A DNA stretch of 64,000 nucleotides from an uncultured Candidatus Rokubacteria bacterium (GTDB lineage Bacteria; Methylomirabilota; Methylomirabilia; Rokubacteriales; DASRDR01): NCBI GenBank assembly GCA_963805625.1, contig CAWDVE010000021.1:256001-320000 (forward strand), in the 5' to 3' direction. Both the position numbers and the translations under genes were made by a program. The notes beneath the pieces are model-generated. The model searched no databases, was not told the DNA's origin, and worked only from the letters and a program-made list of their open reading frames with translations. Shown here in pieces: positions 55,539 through 63,522 of this stretch (position 1 is its first letter; the number at the start of each line of letters is the position of its first letter).

Positions 55539-56177
55539 CTACCGGCAGGGCGAGTAGCTCGTGGGCACGAGGATCGTCGCTTCCTGGGACTGGAGCAGCG
55601 GCATGAGGCGCCCGGCGGCCGCCTGCCACGTAGTGTCGGCGGCCAGCGCCCGCCTGACCTCGGCGCGATGGGCGAGATCCCGGTAGCCCCAGAGGTGGAC
55701 GATGCTGTTGAGCGGGCCGATCTCGACGTGCCAATAGCCCACGGGGGCGGAGTGCTTCTCCCGGATGGGCAAGGCCTCGCGCATCGTCTCGCTGTAGGCG
55801 GCCGTCTTCCCCGGGTGGAGCCGGTAGACGCGCAGCTCGTGAATCCCCATGCCCGTCGTTGGCCGGAACGGCGCCCAGTCGAACGGGCTGAGGATCATGT
55901 TCTCCTGCGCGTCGAGCAGCGGGCCGCTCGCCGGCAGGTACTCCTTGACCCAGCGGTCGTCCTTCGCGAGGCCCGCCCGTGCGGCCGCCCGTGCCGCGAG
56001 ATCGGCGAACTCCCAGAGGTGCACCACCTGGTTGAGCGGCCCCAGCTCCGTCGACCAGTAGCCGAGGAGCCGGCCGTAGCGATCGCCGCGGATGGGCCGG
56101 CCGATCGAGCCAGACTTGTCCACGTAGTCGGCGAGCTTACCGGGCTTGACGGTGTAGCGGCGGAGCTCGTGGATCAT
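55539..56177 (-). CDS. Tandem NIPSNAP-domain protein
   Basis: Two ~105-aa repeats (IHELRxY..xPGK...GYW..E.GPLN..VHLW...DLA.R). Confidence 0.88.
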   Translation of the reverse strand: MIHELRRYTVKPGKLADYVDKSGSIGRPIRGDRYGRLLGYWSTELGPLNQVVHLWEFADLAARAAARAGLAKDDRWVKEYLPASGPLLDAQENMILSPFDWAPFRPTTGMGIHELRVYRLHPGKTAAYSETMREALPIREKHSAPVGYWHVEIGPLNSIVHLWGYRDLAHRAEVRRALAADTTWQAAAGRLMPLLQSQEATILVPTSYSPCR

Positions 56178-56196
56178 CGGGGCCCTCCGTGCGGGT

Positions 56197-56667
56197 TCAG
56201 CGATACGGGGGATGCGGTGTGTCCACCGCGTAATCCTTGCGGAGCGGGTAGCCTTCCCAATCCTCCGGAAGCAGGAGCCGCCGGAGATCGGGATGCCCCT
56301 CGAAGCGGATCCCGAACAGCTCGTGGCACTCCCGCTCCATCCAGAGCGCGCCGCGGTAGAGGCCGGTGAGGCTCGGGCACGGCGCCTCGCGCGGGATGCG
56401 CGTCTTGACGGTCAGCCCGAGGTGCGTCTCGAGGCTCTCCACCCGGCAGACGACCTCGAACCCCTCCGCCTTCCAGTCGACGGCGGTGAGGTGGCAGAAG
56501 TAGCGGCACCCCAGCGTGTCCCGGGCGAAGCCGAGACCCTCGATCCACCGCTCGACCGGCACCGTCACCACGAGGTGCCGGGCATCGAGCGGGCGCTTCG
56601 GATCCTCGCCGGTGGCCTCGACGCCGAGGGCCTCCCGCAGGCGGGCGATCGCGGTCTCGGCGGTCAC
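56197..56667 (-). CDS. nuoC: Complex I subunit C (locus 2)
   Basis: [27 protein letters not shown]. Confidence 0.93.
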   Translation of the reverse strand: MTAETAIARLREALGVEATGEDPKRPLDARHLVVTVPVERWIEGLGFARDTLGCRYFCHLTAVDWKAEGFEVVCRVESLETHLGLTVKTRIPREAPCPSLTGLYRGALWMERECHELFGIRFEGHPDLRRLLLPEDWEGYPLRKDYAVDTPHPPYR

Positions 56668-56748
56668 GGGCGCGAGCGGCCCACCCGAGGCGGCGCGCTC
56701 CGCTGCCTCCCGATGCTCCCCGCGCTCCGGCCATCCCGCGGGCGCACG

Positions 56749-57387
56749 TCAGTCTGGAGGAGCGTCCGGCGCACTCCGCCGGCCTGTCTGCTGGAACTCG
56801 GCGACCCGCTCGTGGAGCTTGAGGATGCCGAACATCAGGGACTCGGGCGTCGGCGGGCAGCCGGGCACGTACACGTCGACGGGCACCACGCGGTCCACAC
56901 CCTTGACCACGTGGTAGCCGTGCCGGAAGGGCCCCCCCGAGTTGGCGCAGGAGCCCATGGAGATGCACCATTTCGGGTCGGCCATCTGTTCGTAGATGCG
57001 CTTCAGCATGGGCGCCATCTTGATGGTCACGGTGCCGGAGACGATCATGAGGTCAGCGTGGCGCGGCGACGCCCACGGCACCATCCCGAGGCGCTCGACG
57101 TCGAACCGGGACGCGAACGTCGCCATCATCTCGATCGCGCAGCACGCGAGCCCGAACGTCACGGGCCACATCGAGGACTTCCGCGCCCAGTTGAAGACCT
57201 TGGTGGTGGAGCTGACCGCGAGCCAGCCGCCCGGGAAGTGCTCGAGACGGTCCCAGAGCCCCTGGACCGCCTCCGAGACCTGATCCCCGCCCGGCCGCTC
57301 CTGCCGGTACTTCACCCACTCCTGAAGGTCCTTGACCTCCTCCCAGGCCGGCGGTGGGATCACCGGAATCGGCGACTTTATCTCCAC
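56749..57387 (-). CDS. nuoB: Complex I subunit B (locus 2)
   Basis: [33 protein letters not shown]. Confidence 0.94.
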   Translation of the reverse strand: MEIKSPIPVIPPPAWEEVKDLQEWVKYRQERPGGDQVSEAVQGLWDRLEHFPGGWLAVSSTTKVFNWARKSSMWPVTFGLACCAIEMMATFASRFDVERLGMVPWASPRHADLMIVSGTVTIKMAPMLKRIYEQMADPKWCISMGSCANSGGPFRHGYHVVKGVDRVVPVDVYVPGCPPTPESLMFGILKLHERVAEFQQTGRRSAPDAPPD

Positions 57388-57731
57388 GCGAGGATCCCTT
57401 CGCGGTAGGCGTAGAGCCAGCCGAGCCCGAGGATGAGGAGGAAGAGTACCATCGGCCCGAAGGCCACCCAGCCGAGCGCCCGGAGGACCAGCGCCCACGG
57501 GAAGAGGAACACCACCAGGGCGTCGAAGACGATGAAGACGAGCGCCACCAGGTAGAAGCCGACCGGAAATCGGATCCAGGCGGGCCCGACGGGCTCCGGC
57601 CCGCACTCGTAGCTCTGGAGCTTCGCCAGGGTCGGACGCGAGGGCCGGATCAGCGCGGCCGCGGCGAGGCTCACGCCGCCGAAAGCCACGATCATCACGA
57701 GAAAAATGAGAACGGGGAGGTACTCTGCCAC
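57378..57731 (-). CDS. nuoA: Complex I subunit A (locus 2)
   Basis: [22 protein letters not shown]. Confidence 0.93.
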   Translation of the reverse strand: MAEYLPVLIFLVMIVAFGGVSLAAAALIRPSRPTLAKLQSYECGPEPVGPAWIRFPVGFYLVALVFIVFDALVVFLFPWALVLRALGWVAFGPMVLFLLILGLGWLYAYREGILAWR

Positions 57732-57741
57732 GGCGGGCGGT

Positions 57742-57750
57742 ATTATACCA
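57742..57750 (-). promoter_or_regulatory. Extended -10 promoter for nuo locus 2
   Basis: TGG-TATAAT ending 10 bp before the GTG start. No good -35 and no SD. Confidence 0.6.
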
Positions 57751-57859
57751 GGGAGGTCACCCCCGGGTCCCGGCGCCCCGGGAACCTTGCCAAACCATCG
57801 CCCGTTCCCCTGGCGAGGTCGTCGCGCCGTCCACGCTCACCCCAACGAGGAGGCATGCC

Positions 57860-58150
57860 ATGCGGACCTGGATTACCCTTTCGCTCGCGCTCGTGGGGGG
57901 GCTCGCCGCCGTCGGCTCCGCCTGGGCCTTCAGCTGTCCCACGCTGGTCAAGGCCGCCAACGAGGCCATCGCCGCGGCCGAGCCCAAGGCCGGCATGGGC
58001 GACGACCGCCAGAAGGCGCGCAACGCCGGCATGATCGAGGAAGCCAAGGCGCTCTCCAAGGAGGCCGAGGCCTCTCACGCCGCCGGCAAGCACGGGATCT
58101 CCGAGGCGCAGGCCAAGGCCGCGAAGTATCTGGCCGAGCAGGTGAAGTAG
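57860..58150 (+). CDS. Small exported helical protein with CP and HxxGxH motifs
   Basis: SD GAGGAGG, signal peptide ending AWA, mature FSCPTLVK...SHAAGKHGISE. Confidence 0.8.
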   Translation: MRTWITLSLALVGGLAAVGSAWAFSCPTLVKAANEAIAAAEPKAGMGDDRQKARNAGMIEEAKALSKEAEASHAAGKHGISEAQAKAAKYLAEQVK

Positions 58151-58279
58151 CGGCCGGCGACTCCCGCCGTGGGCGCGGACGGCGCGCTCACTGACGACGC
58201 CGGCCCCCGGATCACTCCGGGGGCGGTTCGCGTTTCGGCGCTCGAGGCGGGGCTGCGCGTGGACGGCGCCGCGCGGATC

Positions 58280-58810
58280 TCAGCCCGCGTCGACGTCGTG
58301 CGGCCGCTTGAGCGCGCCGCCGGGCGGCGCGTTGAGAATCGCCTCGGGAAAGAGCTCCGCCAGCCACTGGACGATGTCGTTCACGGTCATGACCCCGATC
58401 GGCCGCCCCTGGGCGTCGATCAGGGGAATCGTCCGGTAGTTCGCGTTGTGGAGCCGATTGATCGCGTAGGCGATCAGGGTGTCCGGCCCTAGCGTCTCGG
58501 GCTCGCGGGTCATCACGTCGTCGAGCGGCGTCGTCTTCGGGTCCCGGCCCGGCGCCGCCACCCGGCGAAGGAGATCCCGCTCGGTGAAGATCCCGCGCAG
58601 CTGGCCTTCCTTGTCCACGATCACCACCGACGCCCGCCGCTTCTCCATCATCTGAAGGATGGCGGCGTGCACCGTGGTGTCGGCCGAGCACTTGATCGGC
58701 TCGTTCGGCGCCAGGATCTTGACCGTGTCGCTGAGGAGCGCGCTCTCGAGCTCCTGGAAGTCCGCCTCGAGCGACTCGGAGTAGGCGTCGTGGTACTCGC
58801 GTGCTTCCAT
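58280..58810 (-). CDS. CBS-domain protein
   Basis: GIFTERDLL, VMT..P, IPLID...PIGVMT..DI. SD GGAGGT. Confidence 0.9.
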   Translation of the reverse strand: MEAREYHDAYSESLEADFQELESALLSDTVKILAPNEPIKCSADTTVHAAILQMMEKRRASVVIVDKEGQLRGIFTERDLLRRVAAPGRDPKTTPLDDVMTREPETLGPDTLIAYAINRLHNANYRTIPLIDAQGRPIGVMTVNDIVQWLAELFPEAILNAPPGGALKRPHDVDAG

Positions 58811-58823
58811 GGCCTGCTACCTC

Positions 58824-58878
58824 CAACTTGCTGGCAACTTGCTGGCAACTTGCCGGCAACCTGCTGGCGACTGGCTGG
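58824..58878. repeat. Five tandem 11-bp units, consensus CAACTTGCTGG
   Basis: CAACTTGCTGG, CAACTTGCTGG, CAACTTGCCGG, CAACCTGCTGG, CGACTGGCTGG. Confidence 0.9.
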
Positions 58879-58936
58879 CGACCAACTCGCATCGGGCCCG
58901 CCCAGCGCGGTAGGGCCGGCCGACGGGCTTTCAGCG

Positions 58937-58965
58937 ACTCTATGCCGCACCGCGACAGCTGTCAA
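58937..58965 (-). promoter_or_regulatory. sigma70 promoter for CBS gene
   Basis: TTGACA (58965-58960), 17 bp, TAGAGT (58942-58937). Palindrome GACAGCTGTC overlaps the -35. Confidence 0.7.
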
Positions 58966-59017
58966 CGCGCGGCCTGCCCGGACGCCTGCAGGGGTCAGGA
59001 GACCCGCCGGGGTCGGG

Positions 59018-59401
59018 TCAGCGCCACCAGCCTTGCATGCGTCCCGCCATGGGGAGGTAGAGAAGGATCGCGAGCAGCAGGACGATACCGACGATCAGGA
59101 GGAGCGAGGGGTCCCCGCCCACGCCGAGCTCCCCGGCGCGCTGGGCCAGCTCGGCGCGCTCGCCGGGTGTCAGGCGGGCGAGGACGATCTCGGCATCGGC
59201 GGGCGACAGGCCCTGGGCGACGAGCGCCTCTCGGAGGACGCCCACCTCGACGGCGCTCCCATCGGCCCCGTCCGCCGCCGACGCACGCGCCGGCGGAAGC
59301 GGCGCCCCCTCGGCGGGCGCCGGCAGGGTGAGCCAGGCGGCGGCCCAGAGGACCAGGGCAATGGTGAGCCAGTGCGGGCGGAGGACGCGGGTCCGGAGCA
59401 T
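59018..59401 (-). CDS. PA2779-family-like exported/membrane protein
   Basis: Signal peptide, L..QGLSP..A...LARLT..E..ELA....L.VGG followed by a TM helix. Confidence 0.65.
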   Translation of the reverse strand: MLRTRVLRPHWLTIALVLWAAAWLTLPAPAEGAPLPPARASAADGADGSAVEVGVLREALVAQGLSPADAEIVLARLTPGERAELAQRAGELGVGGDPSLLLIVGIVLLLAILLYLPMAGRMQGWWR

Positions 59402-59817
59402 CGTGTTCTCCCAGGGATGGCACGGGCGTGCCGGGCCCTCCCGACCATCTCGGGTTCAGTCTCCCACCGGCCCGCCCGCCACCGGACAGGAATTCCGCAC
59501 CCTCCACCCCGCCGAGGCCCTCACGCGGGCGGGCCCGGGGCGCGCCACGTCCCGAGGCGGCCGGTCGACCGCGGGCGCGCAGCTCCCCGGGCGGTGAGGA
59601 TGCGCCGCGCGAACCGGGTGTGGTAGTAACGCCCCCACGCGAGGTCACGTGATGGTACCACCAGTGGCGCGGGTCGTCGGGCGGGGCGGGCCGGTCGCCC
59701 CGAGGCTCGTCCGGACTGAGGCTCGCGCCGGCGCGCCCGACACGATACTGGAGTCGGCATCCTGGCAGGCCACCGCGGCGGCGCCGGGTAGGTCAGCCGA
59801 CCCGGCGCCCCGCCGCC

Positions 59818-60049
59818 TCACGCGCAGAGGTAGCCGCCGTCGACCTGGAGGACGTGGCCGGTCACCATCGAGGCGGCGGCCGACGCGAGGAAGATCGCCG
59901 CGCCCACCACCTCGCGCGGCTGCCCCAGCCAGCCGATCGGCGTGCGGGCCAGGATGAACTCGCTCGTAGCGCTCGCGCGCGCGTCGGCCCTCCGAACGAG
60001 TGGGGTGGTCGAAGAGCGAAGGCGCGATCGCGTTGACAGGGATGCCGCG
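59818..60049 (-). pseudogene. 3' remnant of an SDR oxidoreductase (5' part missing, one frameshift)
   Basis: RGIPVNAIAPSLFD / TPLV...ARTPIGWLGQPREVVGAAIFLAS.AASMVTGHVLQVDGG. No GxxxGxG or YxxxK. Confidence 0.82.
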
Positions 60050-60238
60050 AAACATCTCGCCTTCGGGTACGGCATCCACTACTGCATCGGCGCGGCGCTT
60101 TCGCGCCTCGAGGTGCCCATGGCGCTCGCGGCGGGCCTCGATCGGTTCCCGGGGATCCGTCTCGAGCCGGGCGCGCCGCGCGAGTGGAAGCCGAACCTCA
60201 CGTTCCGCGGGCTCGCGCAATTGATCGTGCGGGTCTGA
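60035..60238 (+). pseudogene. 3' remnant of a cytochrome P450
   Basis: DRDAAKHLAFGYGIHYCIGAALSRLE heme-ligand signature. Only ~67 codons remain. Confidence 0.85.
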
Positions 60239-60490
60239 CGGTCGCGAGAGGCCAGCACCGAGGCTCGACCGCACCCGGATGGCCCGATCCGCTCCCCCGT
60301 GACCCCGGCCGCGGTGTCTGGGACGGCCTTGGTCGGCCTCACCCTCCGGTTGACGATCGCCTCGCCGCCGGGCGTGACGGCAAGCAGCGGGGACGTGGAT
60401 CGGGAGGCACGAGCCGATCAGCGCGCCCGCCGGTGACCTCTTCGGCTCGGGGGCCGAGTCCTCGGGCCCCCAGGAGACAGCGCGGCGCGA

Positions 60491-61423
60491 CTACCGGAGC
60501 GGCGCGAGAGTGCCGGCGTTGGCCGGCGCGCCGAGTGCGCGCTCAAGGGCCTGGGCCCGATTGAGCGCCGCGCGCTCCACGTCGAAGTCGGCGTCCGTCA
60601 TCGGCGCCACGCCAGAGACGAGCCAGCGGCCGAGCGCGCGCCGCCGCTCCGGGGTCTCCGCCAGCGCCCCGACGGCCGAGGTCAGCGCAGCCTTGAGCCG
60701 GACGGGCAGGCTCCGCCGCATCACGATGGGCTGGATCGGCCAGGGTCCGAGGCCGGCGACCACACGGAGGTCGGCCTCGAGCGCGCGGTCCTGCCGCCAG
60801 CGCAGCGCGAGTACGGTGGAGTCGATGGCGGCGGCGTCGATCGTCCCCCGGCGGAGGCCGCGGAGCGAGGCCAGGTGGCTCCCCATGTCGCGGAGGCGGC
60901 CCATGAAGGAGGCGTCGGCACCGTGCTCCGCGGCCGTCTGGAGCACCGAGTAGTAGCCGCTCAGGGACTCGCGGTCATTGTAGCCCCAGCGCGCGTCCAC
61001 GAGATCCGCAAACGAGCGCGCAGAATGGTCCCTCCGCACGACGATGTCCGAAAAGTAGACGGGCCGGCCAGCCCCCCGGGAATCCTCGAACACCAGCCCG
61101 AACGGGACCAGCTCCACCGGCGGGTCGGGCCGCTCCTGGAGCCAGATGTAGGGCGGCGCGCAGAAGAACCCCAGGTCCAGCTCGCCCGCGCTGAACGGAT
61201 CCGGCCGGCCCCGGGGCGGTCCGGAGTGACGCGTCTCGATCTGAAGCTCGGTCGCCACCCCCAGGCGCTCGCCCAGATATTCGGCGAGGTAAGCGAAGAG
61301 GCTTCGGGGCACGCTCGGGGTGAGGTAGGTGCGGAGCCGGAGGACCCGGACTCCGGAGCGCCGCCGGGGGAGGTCCCGCACCGTCCGGCGCCCGCCGCGC
61401 CTCGACCGGCCCGCCTGCTTCAT
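60491..61423 (-). CDS. PhnD-like phosphate/phosphonate-binding-fold protein, no signal peptide
   Basis: YFSDIVVR, YND..SLSGY, GSH..SL......DAAAIDS. Start uncertain. Confidence 0.75.
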   Translation of the reverse strand: MKQAGRSRRGGRRTVRDLPRRRSGVRVLRLRTYLTPSVPRSLFAYLAEYLGERLGVATELQIETRHSGPPRGRPDPFSAGELDLGFFCAPPYIWLQERPDPPVELVPFGLVFEDSRGAGRPVYFSDIVVRRDHSARSFADLVDARWGYNDRESLSGYYSVLQTAAEHGADASFMGRLRDMGSHLASLRGLRRGTIDAAAIDSTVLALRWRQDRALEADLRVVAGLGPWPIQPIVMRRSLPVRLKAALTSAVGALAETPERRRALGRWLVSGVAPMTDADFDVERAALNRAQALERALGAPANAGTLAPLR

Positions 61424-61464
61424 CCGCTCTCCCCCGACGCCTTGGCCGCCGGCCCCGAAACAGT

Positions 61465-61504
61465 GAATCCGCGGGGTTGGGCCGTCGCCTCACCCCGCGG
61501 ATTC
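61465..61504 (-). terminator. Hairpin directly after tRNA-Ala
   Basis: GAATCCGCGGGGT...ACCCCGCGGATTC 13-bp stem with a weak U-tract. Confidence 0.55.
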
Positions 61505-61507
61505 GAA

Positions 61508-61583
61508 TGGTGGAGCTGAGGGGGATCGAACCCCTGACCCCGAGACTGCCAGCCTCGTGCTCTCCCAGCTGAGCTACAGCCCC
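61508..61583 (-). tRNA. tRNA-Ala(GGC)
   Basis: GGGGCTGTAGCTCAGCTGGGAGAGC..., anticodon arm CGAGG-CTGGCAG-TCTCG, GTTCGA, CCA. Upstream TTGACA-18-TACCGT. Confidence 0.96.
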
Positions 61584-61629
61584 GTAAGCTTTGGACGGTA
61601 CCGTGCGCGCCGCGGCCTTGTCAAGGACG

Positions 61630-63067
61630 CGCATCGGGTCAAAACTTCTGTTACCAGAGCAGGGGCCGCAGCTCAAAAGTGACGGTTACCAGACCCAATC
61701 CAGATGGGGAGGTGACCGTGACGCGGACGAGCATGCACGAGTACGTGGCCGCCCAGCGACCGCGGTACCTGGCGGCGTCGCGCCGGGAGAAGCGTCGCAT
61801 CCTGGATGAGGTCGTGGCCGTGACCCGGTATCACCGCAAGGCCGCCCTCCGCCGACTGCACCGGCCACCGCGCACGACCCCGCGCGCGGCGCGGACCGGC
61901 CGGCCTCGGGTCTACGGCCCGGACGTCATCGTCGCCGCCCAGGTCCTCTGGGAGGCCAGCGGGGAGATCGGCGCCGTCCGGCTCCAGCCGTTCGTCTCCG
62001 AACTCCTGGACCGGCTGCTCGCCTTCGAGGCACTGCGGCTGACGCCCGACACCGCCGCAGCGCTCCGCCGGGTGAGCGCCGCCACGCTCAAGCGGCTGCT
62101 CGCCCCGATCCGCGCGACTCGGCCGCCCCGCGGCCGGGGGACGACCCGCGCCGGCACCTGGCTCAAGCATCAGATCCCCATCCGCACCTTCGCCGACTGG
62201 GATGACGCCCGCCCCGGGTTCCTCGAGGGCGACCTCGTCGCGCACTGCGGCCCGACCACCGCGGGCTTCTATCTCCACACCCTCTGCGCGGTCGACATCG
62301 TGACGGCCTGGACCGAGCTCCACGCCGTCTGGGGCAAGCATCAGGAGCGGGTCGGCGGGGCCATTCATCATGTCCGGCAGCGCCTGCCCATGCCCCTGCT
62401 CGGCTGGGACAGCGATTCGGGCTCCGAGTTCATCAACGAGGCCTTCTGGCGCTACTGCCAGCGCGAGGCCATCACCTTCACCCGGGGCCGCGCGTATCGC
62501 AAGAACGACAGTGCCCACGTCGAGCAGAAGAACGGGGCGATCGTACGCCGATGGGTCGGCTATGATCGCTTCACCACCAAGGCCGCCTATGCCGCCCTCC
62601 AGGTCGTCTATCGTCTGCTGCGCCTCCACGTGAACTTCTTCCAGCCCGTGCAGAAACTCGAGGCCCGCGTCCGCGTGGAGCAGCGCGTCCGCCGAATCTA
62701 CGATCGCGCGCGGACCCCGTATCAACGCCTCTGCGCCACCGGCGTCCTCAAGCCCGAAGCCCGCGAGGCGCTCGACCAGCTCTATCACAGCCTCAACCCG
62801 CTCCAGCTCCGCCGGCAGCTCGACGCGGCCCTCGAGCGGCTCTGGGCGCTCGCCACCCCCGCCCCGCCCGTCCCGAGCGGGATCCAGCCATGATCGCCCG
62901 TCCCGACCTTCGCACCATTGGCCCAGGAGCCACGATCTCGGCCAAGGCCATACCCGGATATCCCCCTCGCCGGCCGGCCGGTGGGCCCTTCCGCCCCGCC
63001 CCGCTGGTAACCGTCACTTCTGAGCCACTGACTGCCGGAGGGTAACAGTCACTTATGAGCCGAGACG
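61630..63067 (+). mobile_element. Insertion sequence (~1.44 kb, ISNCY-type DDE) with two inverted repeats per end and a target-site duplication
   Basis: Inner IR 61671-61692 vs 63004-63025 matches 21/22. Outer IR about 61630-61655 vs 63041-63067. Direct repeat GGACG at 61625-61629 and 63068-63072. Confidence 0.85.
61718..62893 (+). CDS. DDE transposase (integrase-core domain)
   Basis: N-terminal HTH (KRRILDEVVAVTRYHRK). Catalytic EGDLVAH, DSDSGSEF, HVEQKN. SD GGAGGT before GTG 61718. Confidence 0.9.
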   Translation: MTRTSMHEYVAAQRPRYLAASRREKRRILDEVVAVTRYHRKAALRRLHRPPRTTPRAARTGRPRVYGPDVIVAAQVLWEASGEIGAVRLQPFVSELLDRLLAFEALRLTPDTAAALRRVSAATLKRLLAPIRATRPPRGRGTTRAGTWLKHQIPIRTFADWDDARPGFLEGDLVAHCGPTTAGFYLHTLCAVDIVTAWTELHAVWGKHQERVGGAIHHVRQRLPMPLLGWDSDSGSEFINEAFWRYCQREAITFTRGRAYRKNDSAHVEQKNGAIVRRWVGYDRFTTKAAYAALQVVYRLLRLHVNFFQPVQKLEARVRVEQRVRRIYDRARTPYQRLCATGVLKPEAREALDQLYHSLNPLQLRRQLDAALERLWALATPAPPVPSGIQP

Positions 63068-63136
63068 GGACGCGGGCCTCGATCGGTCGCTCTCACGCGG
63101 GGTCCTGCGCAGGCGGCGCGCACGGGTCCCCAAGCC

Positions 63137-63165
63137 TTGACCCTCCCCGGCGTGCCCCCTAGACT
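63137..63165 (+). promoter_or_regulatory. sigma70 promoter of tRNA-Leu(CAA)
   Basis: TTGACC, 17 bp, TAGACT. Confidence 0.75.
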
Positions 63166-63175
63166 CGGGGCACTG

Positions 63176-63263
63176 GCCGGGATGGCGGAACTAGGCAGAC
63201 GCGCCAGACTCAAAATCTGGTGGGCGCAAGCCCGTGGGGGTTCGATTCCCCCTCCCGGCACCA
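63176..63263 (+). tRNA. tRNA-Leu(CAA)
   Basis: GCCGGGA/TCCCGGC acceptor stem, CCAGA-CTCAAAA-TCTGG anticodon arm, variable arm, GTTCGA, CCA. Confidence 0.96.
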
Positions 63264-63359
63264 AATCTTTTCGGTCACTTCCAGGACATCACCTACGTTG
63301 GCTTCATCGAGTACCGGCGGCACCGTGGCCGACTTCGTGGCCGGCCCGAATTGGAACAA

Positions 63360-63461
63360 CTCGCGCCGGGCCTCATGCGACGCGCGTTCGCGATCGACGT
63401 GTTGGCGTGTCCCCGCTGTGGCGGACGGCTGAGAATGGTCGGCACGGTCGAGGATCTTTAG
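63360..63461 (+). pseudogene. C-terminal remnant resembling IS91/ISCR-like transposases
   Basis: LMRRAFAIDVLACPRCGGRLRMVGTVED matches the recalled L.RVF.ID...CP.CGG.MR.IA.IED tail. Confidence 0.6.
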
Positions 63462-63467
63462 AAGCAA

Positions 63468-63493
63468 AGGGGCCGCCTAGAGGGCGACCCTTT
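63468..63493 (-). terminator. Probable terminator of the PEP-CTERM gene
   Basis: GGGTCGCC-CTCTA-GGCGGCCC stem followed by CTTTGCTTCT on the minus strand. Confidence 0.5.
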
Positions 63494-63522
63494 CTAAACG
63501 TCAAGCGAGAGGGGCTGTCTGA

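Noticed and set aside
58824-58878. Repeat array as CRISPR or as a sigma54 promoter (GG-N10-GC on plus)
   Set aside because: No spacers or cas genes. The sigma54 match is a by-product of the repeat and there is no plus-strand gene downstream.
59418-59432. TGGCACGGGCGTGC as a sigma54 promoter
   Set aside because: GG to GC spacing is 9 rather than the required 10.
59942-60238. 98-aa ORF as a functional mini-P450
   Set aside because: Only the heme-ligand tail is present, and its apparent N-terminus is the antisense of the SDR remnant.
61673-62788. 371-aa minus-strand ORF inside the IS
   Set aside because: Antisense to the transposase, no motifs.
62890-63045. 51-codon ORF overlapping the transposase stop (ATGA)
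   Set aside because: Pro/Gly-rich, runs through the terminal repeats, and resembles no known family.
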